Position numbers and translations under genes: made by a program. A stretch of 62,980 nucleotides of DNA, the filler included, from Reclinomonas americana ATCC 50394 (Eukaryota): assembly GCA_048213135.1 (NCBI GenBank). It is 9 parts of 9 records of this genome, joined end to end, with 100 filler letters (N's around TTAATTAATTAA, not from the genome) between each part and the next. Parts side by side here need not be neighbours in the genome. Positions count along the whole stretch, not along the records: positions 14,436 to 21,662 come from AFZH01018057.1; positions 21,763 to 31,529 come from AFZH01018058.1; 7 more parts are not named here. One strand, 5' to 3'. The notes under the pieces are model-generated. The model was not told the DNA's origin and did not search any database. It worked only from the letters and a program-made list of their open reading frames with translations. Each line of letters starts with the position of its first letter. Position 1 is the first letter of the stretch. This document shows positions 16,803-29,273 of the stretch, piece after piece.

Positions 16803-17340
16803 GCATAGCAGAAGCGTGCGTTGCTGTGAAGGCGATGGTGAGCACCGACAACTCGAACGCGAATTCGCGAATGTTCGATCGTTCGGATTTGAACCAGTTT
16901 TCGAAGTCGAAGGGAGCAATGCCTCTGCTACAGCAACTTCATGCAAGCAGAGACACGCAGACAGATGCTGGTGCAGGTGCTGCGCGTCGAATCAATCGGG
17001 GTATGCAGGATTTCGAATTCGAATTCAGCGCGCGCCCGCGAGCTCAGCGTTCTCCTGCAGACCTGCAGCTGCAGTGTAAGCCTGCTTGTGACCGCTTTCC
17101 CTCATCTGCTGTCGCCTGCTTGCATTCGTGCGAGGCTCCACGCGCAGTTTTAAATTTTGCGACAACTTCGCGTGGGCAAGACCACCTGCAGCATCGCCAG
17201 CAGCTCCACAGTTCTGCCACCATGAAACGAAGCATCACCTACCGCAACGCATCGTTTAAAGCCTCGTACCCGTTAACACAAAGAAAACGCTGTCCCACCA
17301 CCAGTGAGTGAGTCCCGCGCTCACAACACGCACGCAAAGC

Positions 17341-20300
17341 ATGTCTCGTCGATACGAGATGCACGATCGCCGGCATGGTGATGGTGGCGACGGTGGTGGC
17401 GGCAGTGGCAGTGGTGATTACCACTCACGTGGACCGCGGCAGTACAACGAAGGACGGCGATGTTGCGTGTGGACATTACGCGCCCGTCTCTTCTTCTTTC
17501 TCTCCTCGCCCTCTCTGTCTCTCGCCACTTCCCACTTTGACAAGTCGCACATTTCTCTTCTGTGATCTCGTCGCTTTTCGTTGTCTCTCAACAAGAGTCC
17601 ACTTGTCTCACGACTTTTTTCATGCAAATACATGCACAGCGTGGGGTGGTGGTGGCGATGATGCGCGTCACTATCAACCGCGTGGTGGTCGCGGTGGTTA
17701 CCGCGCACGAGGAGGCCCGCGTGGTGGAGGTTTGCCGCACACATCACTTTTTTTGTCGCCCATCAAAGTGTGCATTCAAGTCGTTGCGCAGGTCGCCCGG
17801 GAGACCGACGCAGCTATGATGGCGGCGGCGGCGGTGGTGGTGGTCACTATCGTCCAAGGGAGGAGCCTCTGCCGCCACCTCCTCACGAGATCGAGCTCGA
17901 CAACATTCGCAATGTGCTGGTCGGCATTGGCGATGTGGGTGCGCATGCGGTGGACGAGCAGCTGTCGGCGCTGGCGGACTTCCTGCTGGATCAGCCCGCG
18001 GATAATCACGACGACATAATCTACCTGTTGCTGCGATGGTGTGTGTGTGCGCGCGCGCGATGAGTGTGGGCGCATGTGCTCATTCTACGTGCAGCATCGA
18101 TGAGCTGTCGACCAAGACGCCGATCTACGGCACGCTGATCGGGCTGATGCACCGAACGGACCCTGGCTTTACTGAGCGGCTGTTGCGGCGATTGGTGAGC
18201 GGCCTGCGTCGGCACTGGCAGAGGGGGCGGTGGTTGCAGGCGAAGAACTCGGTGCGCTTTGTGTGCGAGCTCGCCAACTCGTGCGTGGTGCGCGAGTCGG
18301 ATGTGCTGCGGATGCTGGTCATGTTCGCCGATGAGGCACGCAAGGAGGGTGTGCGACGCGAGCGAGCCGACTACTTTATGCTGCTGCTGCTGTCTGCGTT
18401 GCCGTGGGTTGCGTAAACAAACTGCATGCTTGTTTTCTGTCGTATGGATGCCGTGACTGACTTGCCACGCTGTGCAGGTTGGCAAGACCTTGTACAGTGG
18501 AAAGAAGGCCGACCTGCTGGATCTGATTACGGGTGTGACGGCGTACATGGACGCACGCGCAAAGGACGTGGACCAGTCGGCGCTGGCCATTTTCAAGAAT
18601 GACGGAGTTGCGCCAGAGTCTCTCTGCTCGTGTGCGCAGTTGTCGTCACTCATATTTATTCGATTGCAGAGAGAGGCGTACGACATGCTGGCGTATGTGT
18701 GGGGCTGCATTAGGGTGCTGCGACAGCGCGACTGGCAAGTGGCGACCACCTTGCAGCCGTACAAGGCGCGCATGGCCGAGTTGCACAAGCTGCACCCGAT
18801 CGAGTTGCCGGAGATTGTGATTCCAGCGGATGTGCGTTGTGATTGCGGTTGACTGAATCGAGTTGTGCGTCGTGGCTAATGATGGTGTGTGTGTGTTATT
18901 CGCAGGATCCCTCTGCACAATACCCCGTGTGTCGATCACAACTGTGGCTGTTTCCGGTGTCGGAGAAGATTGCACTGCCAGGTGAGTTGGTGGTGGAGAT
19001 TAATTTGCAGACGCTGCCGTCATGGCGAGCTCACGAGCCATCGGTCGCCTTGCACATGCGCAGTGGACGAGGACATGGTACGCACGGAGCTGGACCCGGA
19101 TCTCTTGGTCGCACGCGAGTACATTGTGGAGACGCTGTACTTTTTCAACGCCACCCCCGACGAGTGCGTCCGCCGCCTCGCAGCACTCCCACTCAACTTT
19201 GAATATCGCCTGTTGTTGATTGAGGTGTGTGTTGGTTGTACAAATACACTCGCTGTTCCCCCTAAATCTGAACCGCATCTGCAGACGCTGATTGGCGAAG
19301 TGCTGCGATTGCCGGTGCCACCTTTCCGCATGCCGTACTACACGCTGCTGATGGTGGCGCTCACCAAGGCCGACGCGGGTCTGGCGCCCATGGTGAGTCT
19401 GCTTGCTCATCACGTTGTCATCCTGCCGCATGCTCAAACATCGGTGTGCTGCGGTGCAGTTTGGTCGTGCCATCAACAGAATTGCGGCGCGGGCGGACGA
19501 CATGGACTTGGAGTGCATCGATCGTTTCGCGTCGTGGTTTGCACAGTACATTTCCAACTTTGCGTTCCAGTGGATGTTCACCGCCGACTGGTAACGAACT
19601 GCACGCGCATTTCCTATTCCCACCGGCCTCGTGGCTCATTATCAACGCGCGCGTGCGCAGGGTGTCGTTTGCGGAGGAGCCAGCATTGTCGCCACGACGG
19701 TACATGCTGCAGCAGGTGATTGACAACTTTGTGCGCCTGTCGTTTGCGGAGCGCATCCGGGAGATACTGCCGGCGGCGCTGCACGAGTTTGTGGCCGCGG
19801 AGCCTGCGCCGCTGTTCTCGTACGCCGAAGAAGGTTTGCCGCGTGTGCACGAGCATGTGTCGATTCATAACTTCTCATCGCGTGACAGAGGTGGCCGGTT
19901 CGCGTGTGGCGAATCAACTGGAGGAGATGTTCAAGCGCAAAGCCCCGGCCGACGCGGTGTTGGCGTTCTTCAGAAAAATCGCCGGCGAGCGCGTAGAGGA
20001 GATGGAGGAGGACGGCGACGATGCCAGCGCTGCTGCCGCCGCTGCTGAAGTACCCGAGCCTGACGAGCTGATCGAGAGTGAGCAGGAACGTGTGAGGCTC
20101 TTTACGCAGTGCCTGTTGCTGTTTGGCAGCCGCAGCTTGACGCACACGGTGACGGTGTTGGAGCGGTACCGCGCAGTGTTTGCCGAAATGTGCTCACACG
20201 GCATGGCCTGTCGCACATCGGCTCTGATGGCAGTTGCCGAGGTGTGGGCGCTGTCCACTCAAGTTGCGTGCCCATGCAGATGCACACACGCATTATCATC

Positions 20301-21220
20301 GTGGAACAGCTCTCATTCCTCTTGCACAGTACATTACAATTGTCGTGGATCGACTGCTGACGTACATGATTGTTGACTGCTCGGCCATCATCCACTGGCT
20401 CTTCTCGGAGGAGATGGCGCCGATGTTTGAGCAGTTTTGTGCCTCGTCGTTGTCTTTCTTCCGCCTCTCACATTGCTCAGCTCATGGTGCTGCTGCTGTC
20501 GCAGAGGTTTCATGTGGGAGATTATGCGCGACACCTTTTACAAGTCGGTGGCGCGCATCGATGTGGTGGCCAGTGATTTGGCCAAGGCCGAGAAGCTCTT
20601 GCATCGCGAACACAGGAAAGCTGCCCGTCATGGTCGGTCGTCTCCTCCCGCGTCGGACTCGGCGCCGTCGTCAGGCGACGAGGCTGTCGACGAGGGCGGG
20701 CGTGCCGATGAGAGCCTCGAGGACCGCATTGAGCGCATTCGTGCCACGCTGGAGCAGGTCAAGCGTGAGCAGCGCGACATGTTCCTCATCCTGTTCCAGG
20801 TACAACAACAAAGCAACAGCGCCACTGTGTGTTGTCACTTTGCCGTCGTGCGCTGACACTTTCTCTTTTAGCGCTTCACGATGAGCGTGGATCGACGCAT
20901 CTCGGAGGGTGCCGACGATGCGTGGGTGACGTACACGCTGCAGCGCATGAAGGAATTCGGTCGCAAAGTTACGCGCGCTCAGTGGAGCACGAGCGACCTG
21001 CGCACTCGATCGTTCTGACTGACCTCGGTGGGCTGCACAGTTCCGCGCCGAGATCGGCTCGTACCTGCGCACCCTCGGCGAAGTTGTCTTTACCAGCGAA
21101 GTCGATCCGGCCATTCGCGACGAATTCAATCGGTGGCGTGATATTTACACGGAGCGCACGCTGTCGCTGTCGGGTCTGCACACAACGTCCAAGTTGCTGA
21201 GTTGCTTCCCCAACATGTGA
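17341..21220 (+). CDS. NCBP1: Nuclear cap-binding protein subunit 1 (CBP80), 15 introns
   Basis: KTPIYGTLIGLM, RADYFMLLLLSALPWVGK, DRFASWFAQYISNFAFQW, FGSRSLTHT, IVVDRLLTY, FMWEIM; all introns join in frame. Confidence 0.9.
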
Positions 21221-21310
21221 AATGAAAAAAAGCAACAACGTCGAGGTCAACTCCGCAACGGGTGCGTCCTGTGTTCAAACGAATCATTTTTTTGTGGAGA
21301 AGAAGAAAAG

Positions 21311-21621
21311 ATGTCTGCGCAGCATCGTTTGTCTGTGTTGGAGAAGCACTTGAACCCCGTCGGTGCGGGAGGCTCGCGCTCTGCGGAGGAGGAAGAGAGG
21401 GTTGTCGCGGCTCCCATGGCCGCGGAGATTGATGCCGGAGTTGGCGAGGATGAGGATGGAGAGGAGCATGTTGACACGGGTATGTCTTTGCACACACGCA
21501 CACGCACGCACAGAGGGGAGAGAGAGTGAGAGAGTGCGAGAGATGCAGTCACAGGGAGCGAGACGCACACACTGCAGTGCGTTGTGTGCTTGTTGCGCTC
21601 TCCCTGCGTATGCGTGTGCGT

Positions 21622-21662
<41 letters not shown>

Positions 21663-24336
21663 NNNNNNNNNNNNNNNNNNNNNNNNNNNNNNNNNNNNNN
21701 NNNNNNTTAATTAATTAANNNNNNNNNNNNNNNNNNNNNNNNNNNNNNNNNNNNNNNNNNNNCTCGTTCTCTGTCAAGCGTTTGCAGGGCCTGTTTGCGT
21801 CCGAGTACCCCGAACTGCGTGTGGCCATGCTGAAGTTGCGTCGTTCTGCATCTCCCTCTCTTGTATCCATCCCTACGTGATGTGTGACTGGTACGCTTGC
21901 AGTTTGTTCCGTGAGCCGATCTTTGCGCCGCGCTACGACCTGGGCTACCAGCAGTTCCGCGAGGTACATCTTGCTGTTTTGCTCCCTCTTTTCCTCCCCA
22001 TCAAGTCTGAACCCTGTTGCGTCCTCCCGCTGCAGTTGACGCTGCAACGGTGCAAGCGTGTGGCCGCGAGCGGTCTCATCAACCTCCGTGACTACAAGAA
22101 GGAGCCTCTGCGGTACCTCTCTGGTCTGGAGTACGCGGCACTCGTCGACTCGTCGATGGCCACCAAGCTCGGCGTGCAGTTCTCGCTGTTTGGCGGCTCG
22201 GTGCTGTCGCTCGGCTCCGAGCGTCACGATCACCTGGTCGACGACATTGGCGCGCTGCGCCTGCCGGGCGTGTTTGCGCTGACGGAGTTGGGCCATGGCT
22301 CGAACGTGCGTGGCATTGAGACCACGGCCGTGTACGACCACGCCACGCAGGAGTTTGTCATCAACACTCCGAATGAGACGGTTCGCGTGTGTGCATTGTA
22401 CAACGTGCTTGTGAAGATTCTGACATCCCTTGCGACGTTTGCAGGCGCAAAAGTGCTGGCTCGGCAACGCCGCCAAGCACGGCGTGATGGCCACCGTGTT
22501 TGCACAGCTGACGCTCGGGGGCGAGGACAAGGGCATCCACGCGTTCTTGGTGCCGATCCGCAACGCCGACACGATGGAGCCGGTGCCGGGTGTGCGCATT
22601 GCCGACAATGGCGCAAAGATGGGCCTAAACGGCGTCGACAATGGTCGCCTGTGGTTCGACAATGTGCGCATTCCGCGCGAGAACCTGCTGAACAAGTTCA
22701 TGGACGTGGACGCCAACGGCAACTACGTCACGGCGCTGGCGAGTGCCGATCTGCGCTTTGCCACCATGATTGGTGAGTGGTGATCCTTGCGCTCTCCTCT
22801 CCACTCCGCATCTCATCTGTGGCATCGGTGCAGGCGAGCTGGTGGGTGGACGTCTGGCAATCTCTGGTGGATCGCAGACGCTGTGCAAGGCGGCACTGAC
22901 CATTGCCATCAAGTACGGCTCCACTCGCCGCCAGTTTGGCATGCCGGGCGAACCGGAGACGTTCATTCTGGACTACAAGACGCACCAGATGCGCCTGTTC
23001 CCGCAGCTGGCCAAGACCTACGCGTACCACTTTTTGTTTGCCGACGCCGCCGTCAAGTACGCCAACCGCTCGCCGGCGACGATGAAGGAGGTGGGTGGAG
23101 GTCGTAGTGGCGGAGGCGGTGGTGCGATGTGATGCGCGAATCTCATTGTGGTGATGACTGCAGGTGCACGTGCTGTGTGCCGGTCTCAAGCCGCTGACCA
23201 CGTGGCACAAGGTCGACACGCTGCAGAATGCTCGCGAGTGCTGCGGTGGCATGGGCTTCCTGGCCGCCAACCGCATCGGACCGTACAAGACCGACACGGA
23301 TGTGGAGCAGACCTATGAGGGTGACAATGGTGCGAAGAGGAAAAACCGTCGATCTTCTTGAAGATGATTTGGCTGACTCGATCGTCCCCGCGCAGTGGTG
23401 TTGCTGCAGCAAGTGACACGCTCGCTGCTGTCGGACCTGAAGCGCGACATGCGCTCTGGTGGCAAGCTGTCGGCCGTGCTGAAGGTGGCCGAGCACGAGT
23501 TCTGGCCGTACCTGCACGACAAGAATCCGGTCAAGCGCCGCATGCTCAGCGATGTGCGTCAACACCAATTCTCCTTCCCCTATTGTGGTTGGTACTCACA
23601 CTAGTGTTGGTGGCACAGGAAAAGACCAGCGACCCGCGGTTCTACCAGCGTGCGTTCGAGTACCGCCAGTTCAAGATGCTGATGAAGCTGGCGGCCAAGT
23701 TGGAGAAGTTGTCGGCGTCGCGACAAATGACGCCGCTGGAGGCGTGGAACAACTGCCTCGACCTGGTCATTGACACGGCCCTGGCGTACATGCACAAGTT
23801 GGTTTTGGAGAAGGTTCGTGTACATGCGCGTGTGTAATTGCAGCTGATTGTGTGTCATGGCGCGCTCACCCTTTCTGATGCAGTTCCTGGAGGGCATTGA
23901 GAAGGCACATGCTGGCGACCGCGACATGCTGCGCGTGCTGTGCTCGCTCTACTCACTCAACTACCTGGAGGAGAACATGGGCTGGTACCTGTCGAACAAG
24001 TACTTTGCGCCGAGCAAGGCCGACGCCATCCACGAGCAGATTCTGCGCCTGTACGACGTGATCCGCCCGGTGGCAGTGGACCTGTGCAACGGTTTTGGCT
24101 TGCCGGAGGACCTCATCGGTGCTCCGATTCTCGGCGATTGGGTCGAGGCCATGTCGTGCGTGCACATACTGCTGCTGCTGCTGCTCCCTCCCTTGTGTTT
24201 CAGTCGTCTGACTTGCGGGTGCGTTAACAGGTGGCACAACACACCCGAGGCCAAGGCCGCGTCAGGGTCGTCGTCCTCATCTGGCACTGCAGCCGCCCCG
24301 TCCGCATTCGACATGTCACGCGCCTCACGCAAGTGA
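21311..24336 (+). CDS. Peroxisomal acyl-CoA oxidase with N-terminal PTS2; interrupted by the gap at 21663-21762
   Basis: [65 protein letters not shown]. The first exon before the gap carries RLSVLEKHL. Confidence 0.92.
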
Positions 24337-24520
24337 GCAGAGAGACGCGTGCGCAACCACATACACGCCGGTTTTTTTGTTGTTGTTGCATCACCCAAGG
24401 ATTGTATTGTTTTTTCGTATCTCTCGTCGGCTGCGCGCACACCGCTGCCGTCCCCCAGCCATCTCACTGTGAAACATGTATATTGTATGCGTCGCCAAAA
24501 AAAAGCATGGACCTCCCCGC

Positions 24521-25311
24521 TTATTTGCCCTTCTTGAGCACGTGGATCTCGTCGAGAATGTGCTGGTGCTTTTGCAGGATGCGCTGCACCAACACCAGAA
24601 TGCTGCAGGCGCACGTCAAAACGCATCGCCAGTGAGTGAGTGAATGGGAGAAAGAGAGAGACGCAACACTTGCACGAGAAGGCTGCAGGTGGCAATCCAA
24701 AAGTTGCGCTGGGCACTGTGTGGAGGAAGAAGAACAAGAGGACTCAGTCGCTCACTCGGAACAACATTGAGAGCAAAGGAGAGCGCACCGGAAGTGACGC
24801 GCCATGAGCTCTGCAAACGATTGCGCGTGCGTCTCTGCTGTGAGAACCGGCAGCGGGTACGTCACAGTGAAAGCCTCGTACTCCACTGATGAGCAAAACA
24901 ATGAGCGCTGAGTGAGTGACAAAATGCACACAGCTATGCATGCATGCATGCACTCATTCTCTCTCAAGTGCTGCTTGTTCTCCTCCTGCTCCTCATCTTC
25001 TTCTTCTCTCTCACACACCGTAGACAGTGAATGCGCAGAGAGCGGCCAAGATGAGCATGCCCAGCAGGTTCTTGCTCATCAGTCGCTGCAGACGACGTGC
25101 GATCATCTGTGGTGCAAACAGCACCAACACCAGCATGCCAACCTGTGTTCATATGTGCGAGAGAGAGAGAGAGTGAGTGACACGTGTTATTCCCTCCACC
25201 GCGCGTGCGTGTGTGTTCTCTCTCTCTCTTCTTCTGCACTGAGTATACCTCGGAAATGACGAGGGCGTTGAGGAACCACCAGAAGGAGAAGTACTTGACA
25301 AGGTCGTGCAT
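24521..25311 (-). CDS. BAP29/BAP31-like ER membrane protein, 4 introns
   Basis: Three hydrophobic segments, HFRAQRNFWI (Bap31 FRAQRN motif), C-terminal KKGK dilysine ER-retrieval signal. Confidence 0.8.
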
Positions 25312-25508
25312 GGCGGAAACTTGGGGGAAAAACTAAAGTGCAGGACCGCGGAATGAAGGGCGCTGAACGTATAAACGTGACATGAACGTGCAGGTGCGCT
25401 CCATTGGGCATTCATTCATTGGAAGGGTATTCGGAGGGCGATTGGCAAGCACCGTGAAAGGATACAGAAAGAGTGAGAAAGAGAAAGAGAGAGACCACGC
25501 AGAGCTGT

Positions 25509-28500
25509 TCAGAAGCCGCGAGTGAAGTGGAACTTGACCTGCGAAGTGTGTTTCGTGGTGAGTGAGCGCGGTGGTGGGGATGGCGAAGAAGTAGAATGCA
25601 GGGATTGACACACCATGAGAATGTAGTTCATGAGCACTGCGAGGCAGTGTGAGAAGTCGGTCTGCTGCATGCACATAGAGACAACATGGAAAACGACAAA
25701 CCTTGCGCCTCGTCGTACACGATAAACCTGCAAGCGCGGAAAAACAAAGACCAAAGTCAGGAAACGCAATCAAGCGTGCGTGCACCTCTCTGTATGCGTT
25801 ACGCACTCGTTGTAGAGCAGCGAGGTCGCGCGATTCGACTTCTTGAGGTTGCCCATGGGAATGGTGACGTCGCCGGCGCGCGGAGACGGGCGGGTGGTCT
25901 TGTAGAACTTCTCGTCGGGCTCCGTGCCACCCTGGCCCCACGTCGAGTGGTAGCCAGACTGTAATTGTCGTGTTTGCATAAGTGAACATGAGAAGAGAGG
26001 GTGCTTTGTGTGACCACAGACCTTTGGTTTCTCCATGTACTCGGCACGCTGGCACTCGTACATGTCACCTGCGCGCGCGCACACACACAGAGGCGTCAGC
26101 ATCCACTCCAATTGAATACACCACTGGCACACACGAACCGAGGGCGACGTCGCACAGGGCCAGCACGCCAATCGGATCCTGACGGTTGACGCGGCAGTAC
26201 TGCGCGCTCTTGGACACTGCGCGTGGGAGCGAGGTGAGCTAGCAAGCACAGAGAGGCTGCAAAATACAGGAGCGACCGCTCACCAGCGTCGGCAAAGTAA
26301 ACGCCCTTGCTGTTCAGCACCAAGGCCATGCAGGTGAGTTGTCTGTCGGGGAGGGGAAGCCATAGAAGACACGCACACGCAGACCACTCACCCAAACATG
26401 TACTGCAAACGCGAGACGGAAAAACAGTGAGCAACCATTCCAACAGCAGTTACACACACAGAAACACGCACCCCAGTGGCCGGCGCCTCTGGCGGCGCAA
26501 TGCGGAGACCCTGCGACAAAATGCCCTGCGCACACAGACGACCACACGATCAACTAGAGATGCAACACACACACATCTCCTTCCTCCCACCTCCCTCACT
26601 CACCATCCAGTTGGCGAGACGACTGCCGTGCCACAGCAGGCGGTGATTGTGCAGCTGGACGTACGGCTGGAAGCGCTCAGGCTCGCCCTCACTGCGCGCA
26701 CGCGTGCGATTAGCGGACATACTTGATGCACACGGCTACACAGAAGCCATCAAAAGCACACGCACCGCTCGACACGGAACACATCGAGGACTTCCAGCTC
26801 GAAGCCGCGGTGCGTGGAGGCGTGCGTGTTGGCCACGTACTCGACCAGCGTCTGGAACTCGTCCGAGGCATGGTCCAGAGGCTCGAGATTGGCGTGCAGC
26901 GACTCGTACGCCAAATCGAGCTCGTTGCGGTTCTTCTTGGACTGGCCGAGAATCTTGCCGGCCACCTCCAGCTCGCTCAGCACCTCGAGCATGCGGATCT
27001 TTTTCTCCACATCGTCCTTGGACTCAATGATCGGCAGGCGCTGGTTGCGCGGCGACTCGTGCGGAATGATCTGGGAGGTTACGTAAGCTACTTTTCGTCG
27101 CACCTCGTGAACCGACTGTGCGACTCACCGTGTAAAACTGTGAGCTCAGCTCCGTGAGCTCGTCGCGACGGCGGGAGGCCGACAGCTGTGTCTTGCCCTC
27201 GACAATGTCATTGATCTTGGAGATGACGTCGTAGCCGCGCTTGATTTGTGCTTTCGACAGACTGCCGAGCGGCGAGCGCTTCACGTCGATCTCGAACTCG
27301 CGCATCGTGCGATTGATCATGTCAATGTTCTGCAAGACGGCAAAGCATCGTGAGGCGGATGCTGCGTGGTTCAACAACGCACGCAGACGCCACGCACCGA
27401 AATGAGGGAAACGAAGCGCCGCACGGCGTCGGGCAACACGCTGGCCGGCGCACTGTCCTGCGCTGCATCGGTCATGTCGGCATCGCCGCTGCCGGAGCCA
27501 GAGGCACCCGCTCCGCTGTCGTCCGGCTCCTCGTCGTAGGCCTGGATGACCAGATCGTACTTGTTCGGGTACCTGACAAAGTCTTCGCGCTCGTCCCAGT
27601 TGTTCCTCGTCTTGTCCTTGAACCTACGCATGTGTTAGCTTCATAACGCACAGAAAATGAAGGCACAGCACAGCACACACGCACTTGGTCTTGAACTGTG
27701 CAATGGCAGGGTCCTTGGAGGAGTACGGGCCAAACGTCTGCGTCGATCCGGGCTCGCCCACTGCAGCAGACATTCAGCACGATCTACGCGCAAGAGAAAA
27801 ACAACAACAATACACACCGCGACCCCAGCGGGTGGTGCAGTGGAACACGTTGCCGGTGTCGCTCTGCACGACTTGGATGGCGTAGAACTGCAACAACAAT
27901 ACAACGAATGAGAAAACCACATGCAGTACTCGTCGGCAACTTGAGGAGAACAAGAGACCTTGTTGTTGTTCTGCAGAACACGTGGAACGAGTCAAATCAC
28001 AAGCGACTCGCTGGGTACGCGCAGTCGACACCACTCACCTGCTTGATGTTGACCTGGTTCAGCATGCAGGACCACACCTCGCCATCCGACGTCTCCAAGA
28101 CGTGGCACTGCAGGCGAGGAACGAAAAAATCAAACACACAAACAAAAACTCGCGCAAAAACAAGACACGCGCAAACCGTCGACGCAAAGCCCGCATACGG
28201 ATCAACCGGCACCTTGCCCTTGGCCACCACCCTGCAGCGCGCGCACACACAGAGAGAGAGATGTCAAGTCTCCACAAGTCAGCAGCAAGCACGGCTGAGG
28301 AAAACAAACTTGATCTTCTTGGGCGCATCGTCGACAACCGCCGGCGGTGCAGCTGCCGTGGCCGCCGCAGTCGCCTTGGTATCGGCCTTCTTTGGGCGCT
28401 TCTTTGGCGGCGATGGAGGCGGCGAGGGCGCCGGGCCAGCAGCCGCAGCCGTACGCTTGCGCGCTCCCTGCACATGGACAACTGAGCAGACGAGTACATA

Positions 28501-29118
28501 CCATGCATGTCACTGCCAGGCACGCAACTCGACCAGTCGACACGGGGTCAGTGGCCATGGGCGCGGCCGCAGAGGCCGGGGTGGGTGTCGCAGCAGCAGC
28601 AGAGGCAGAAGCACCACCGTCGACGGAGAAGCCGGCGTAGGGCTGCTTGGCGCCGAGACGCAGAGACTCGCGCAGCCACTCCTCAGAGACCACGGGCACT
28701 CCAGCCTCGCGTGCCTGCTTGCACTTGGCGCTGACCACGGCGGCCTTGGTGGTCGCACTCAGCACCACAGTGGCCTGTGTGAGTGTGCGTGAGAGAGAGA
28801 CACACACAAAGACACACACAAGAGGGCATGCGCAACATCAGATGCAGAGGCAGACACTTCACCGCCAGCGGCCTCGATCTCGGCAGTGATCGCGTCTTGG
28901 TTCTGTGAGACAGTGCATGATTGACTGCATGTGAGAAGATCTAGAGAGAGAGCGCGGGATTTTACACTTGTGTAAACAAAACACACACACCGCAGACAGC
29001 TTGCCATTCCTACGTGTTGCATGTGCACAGGCCACTTGCGTTAGACACTGTGTGCAAGCAAGAAGGTGCAGTCAAAGGAACGCAACAGGCACACTTTCTC
29101 TCCGCTCAACACACTCAT
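25509..29118 (-). CDS. Poly(ADP-ribose) polymerase, BRCT-WGR-regulatory-catalytic architecture
   Basis: N-terminal BRCT ([10 protein letters not shown]), NNNKFY/RWGRVG WGR domain, [58 protein letters not shown] (intact H-Y-E triad). Confidence 0.95.
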
Positions 29119-29273
29119 TGTAATGAAATGTTCGGGGTCGATGTCGACTTCTTTTTTGTTTTGTTTTTACTCGTCACTCTCTCATCCATTCACCATTTTT
29201 GCATTACACACAAGCCGTCTACGTCACTGTGATCACGAGGTTAGCGGCATGCGCAAGTGAAAACGCTGCATGT

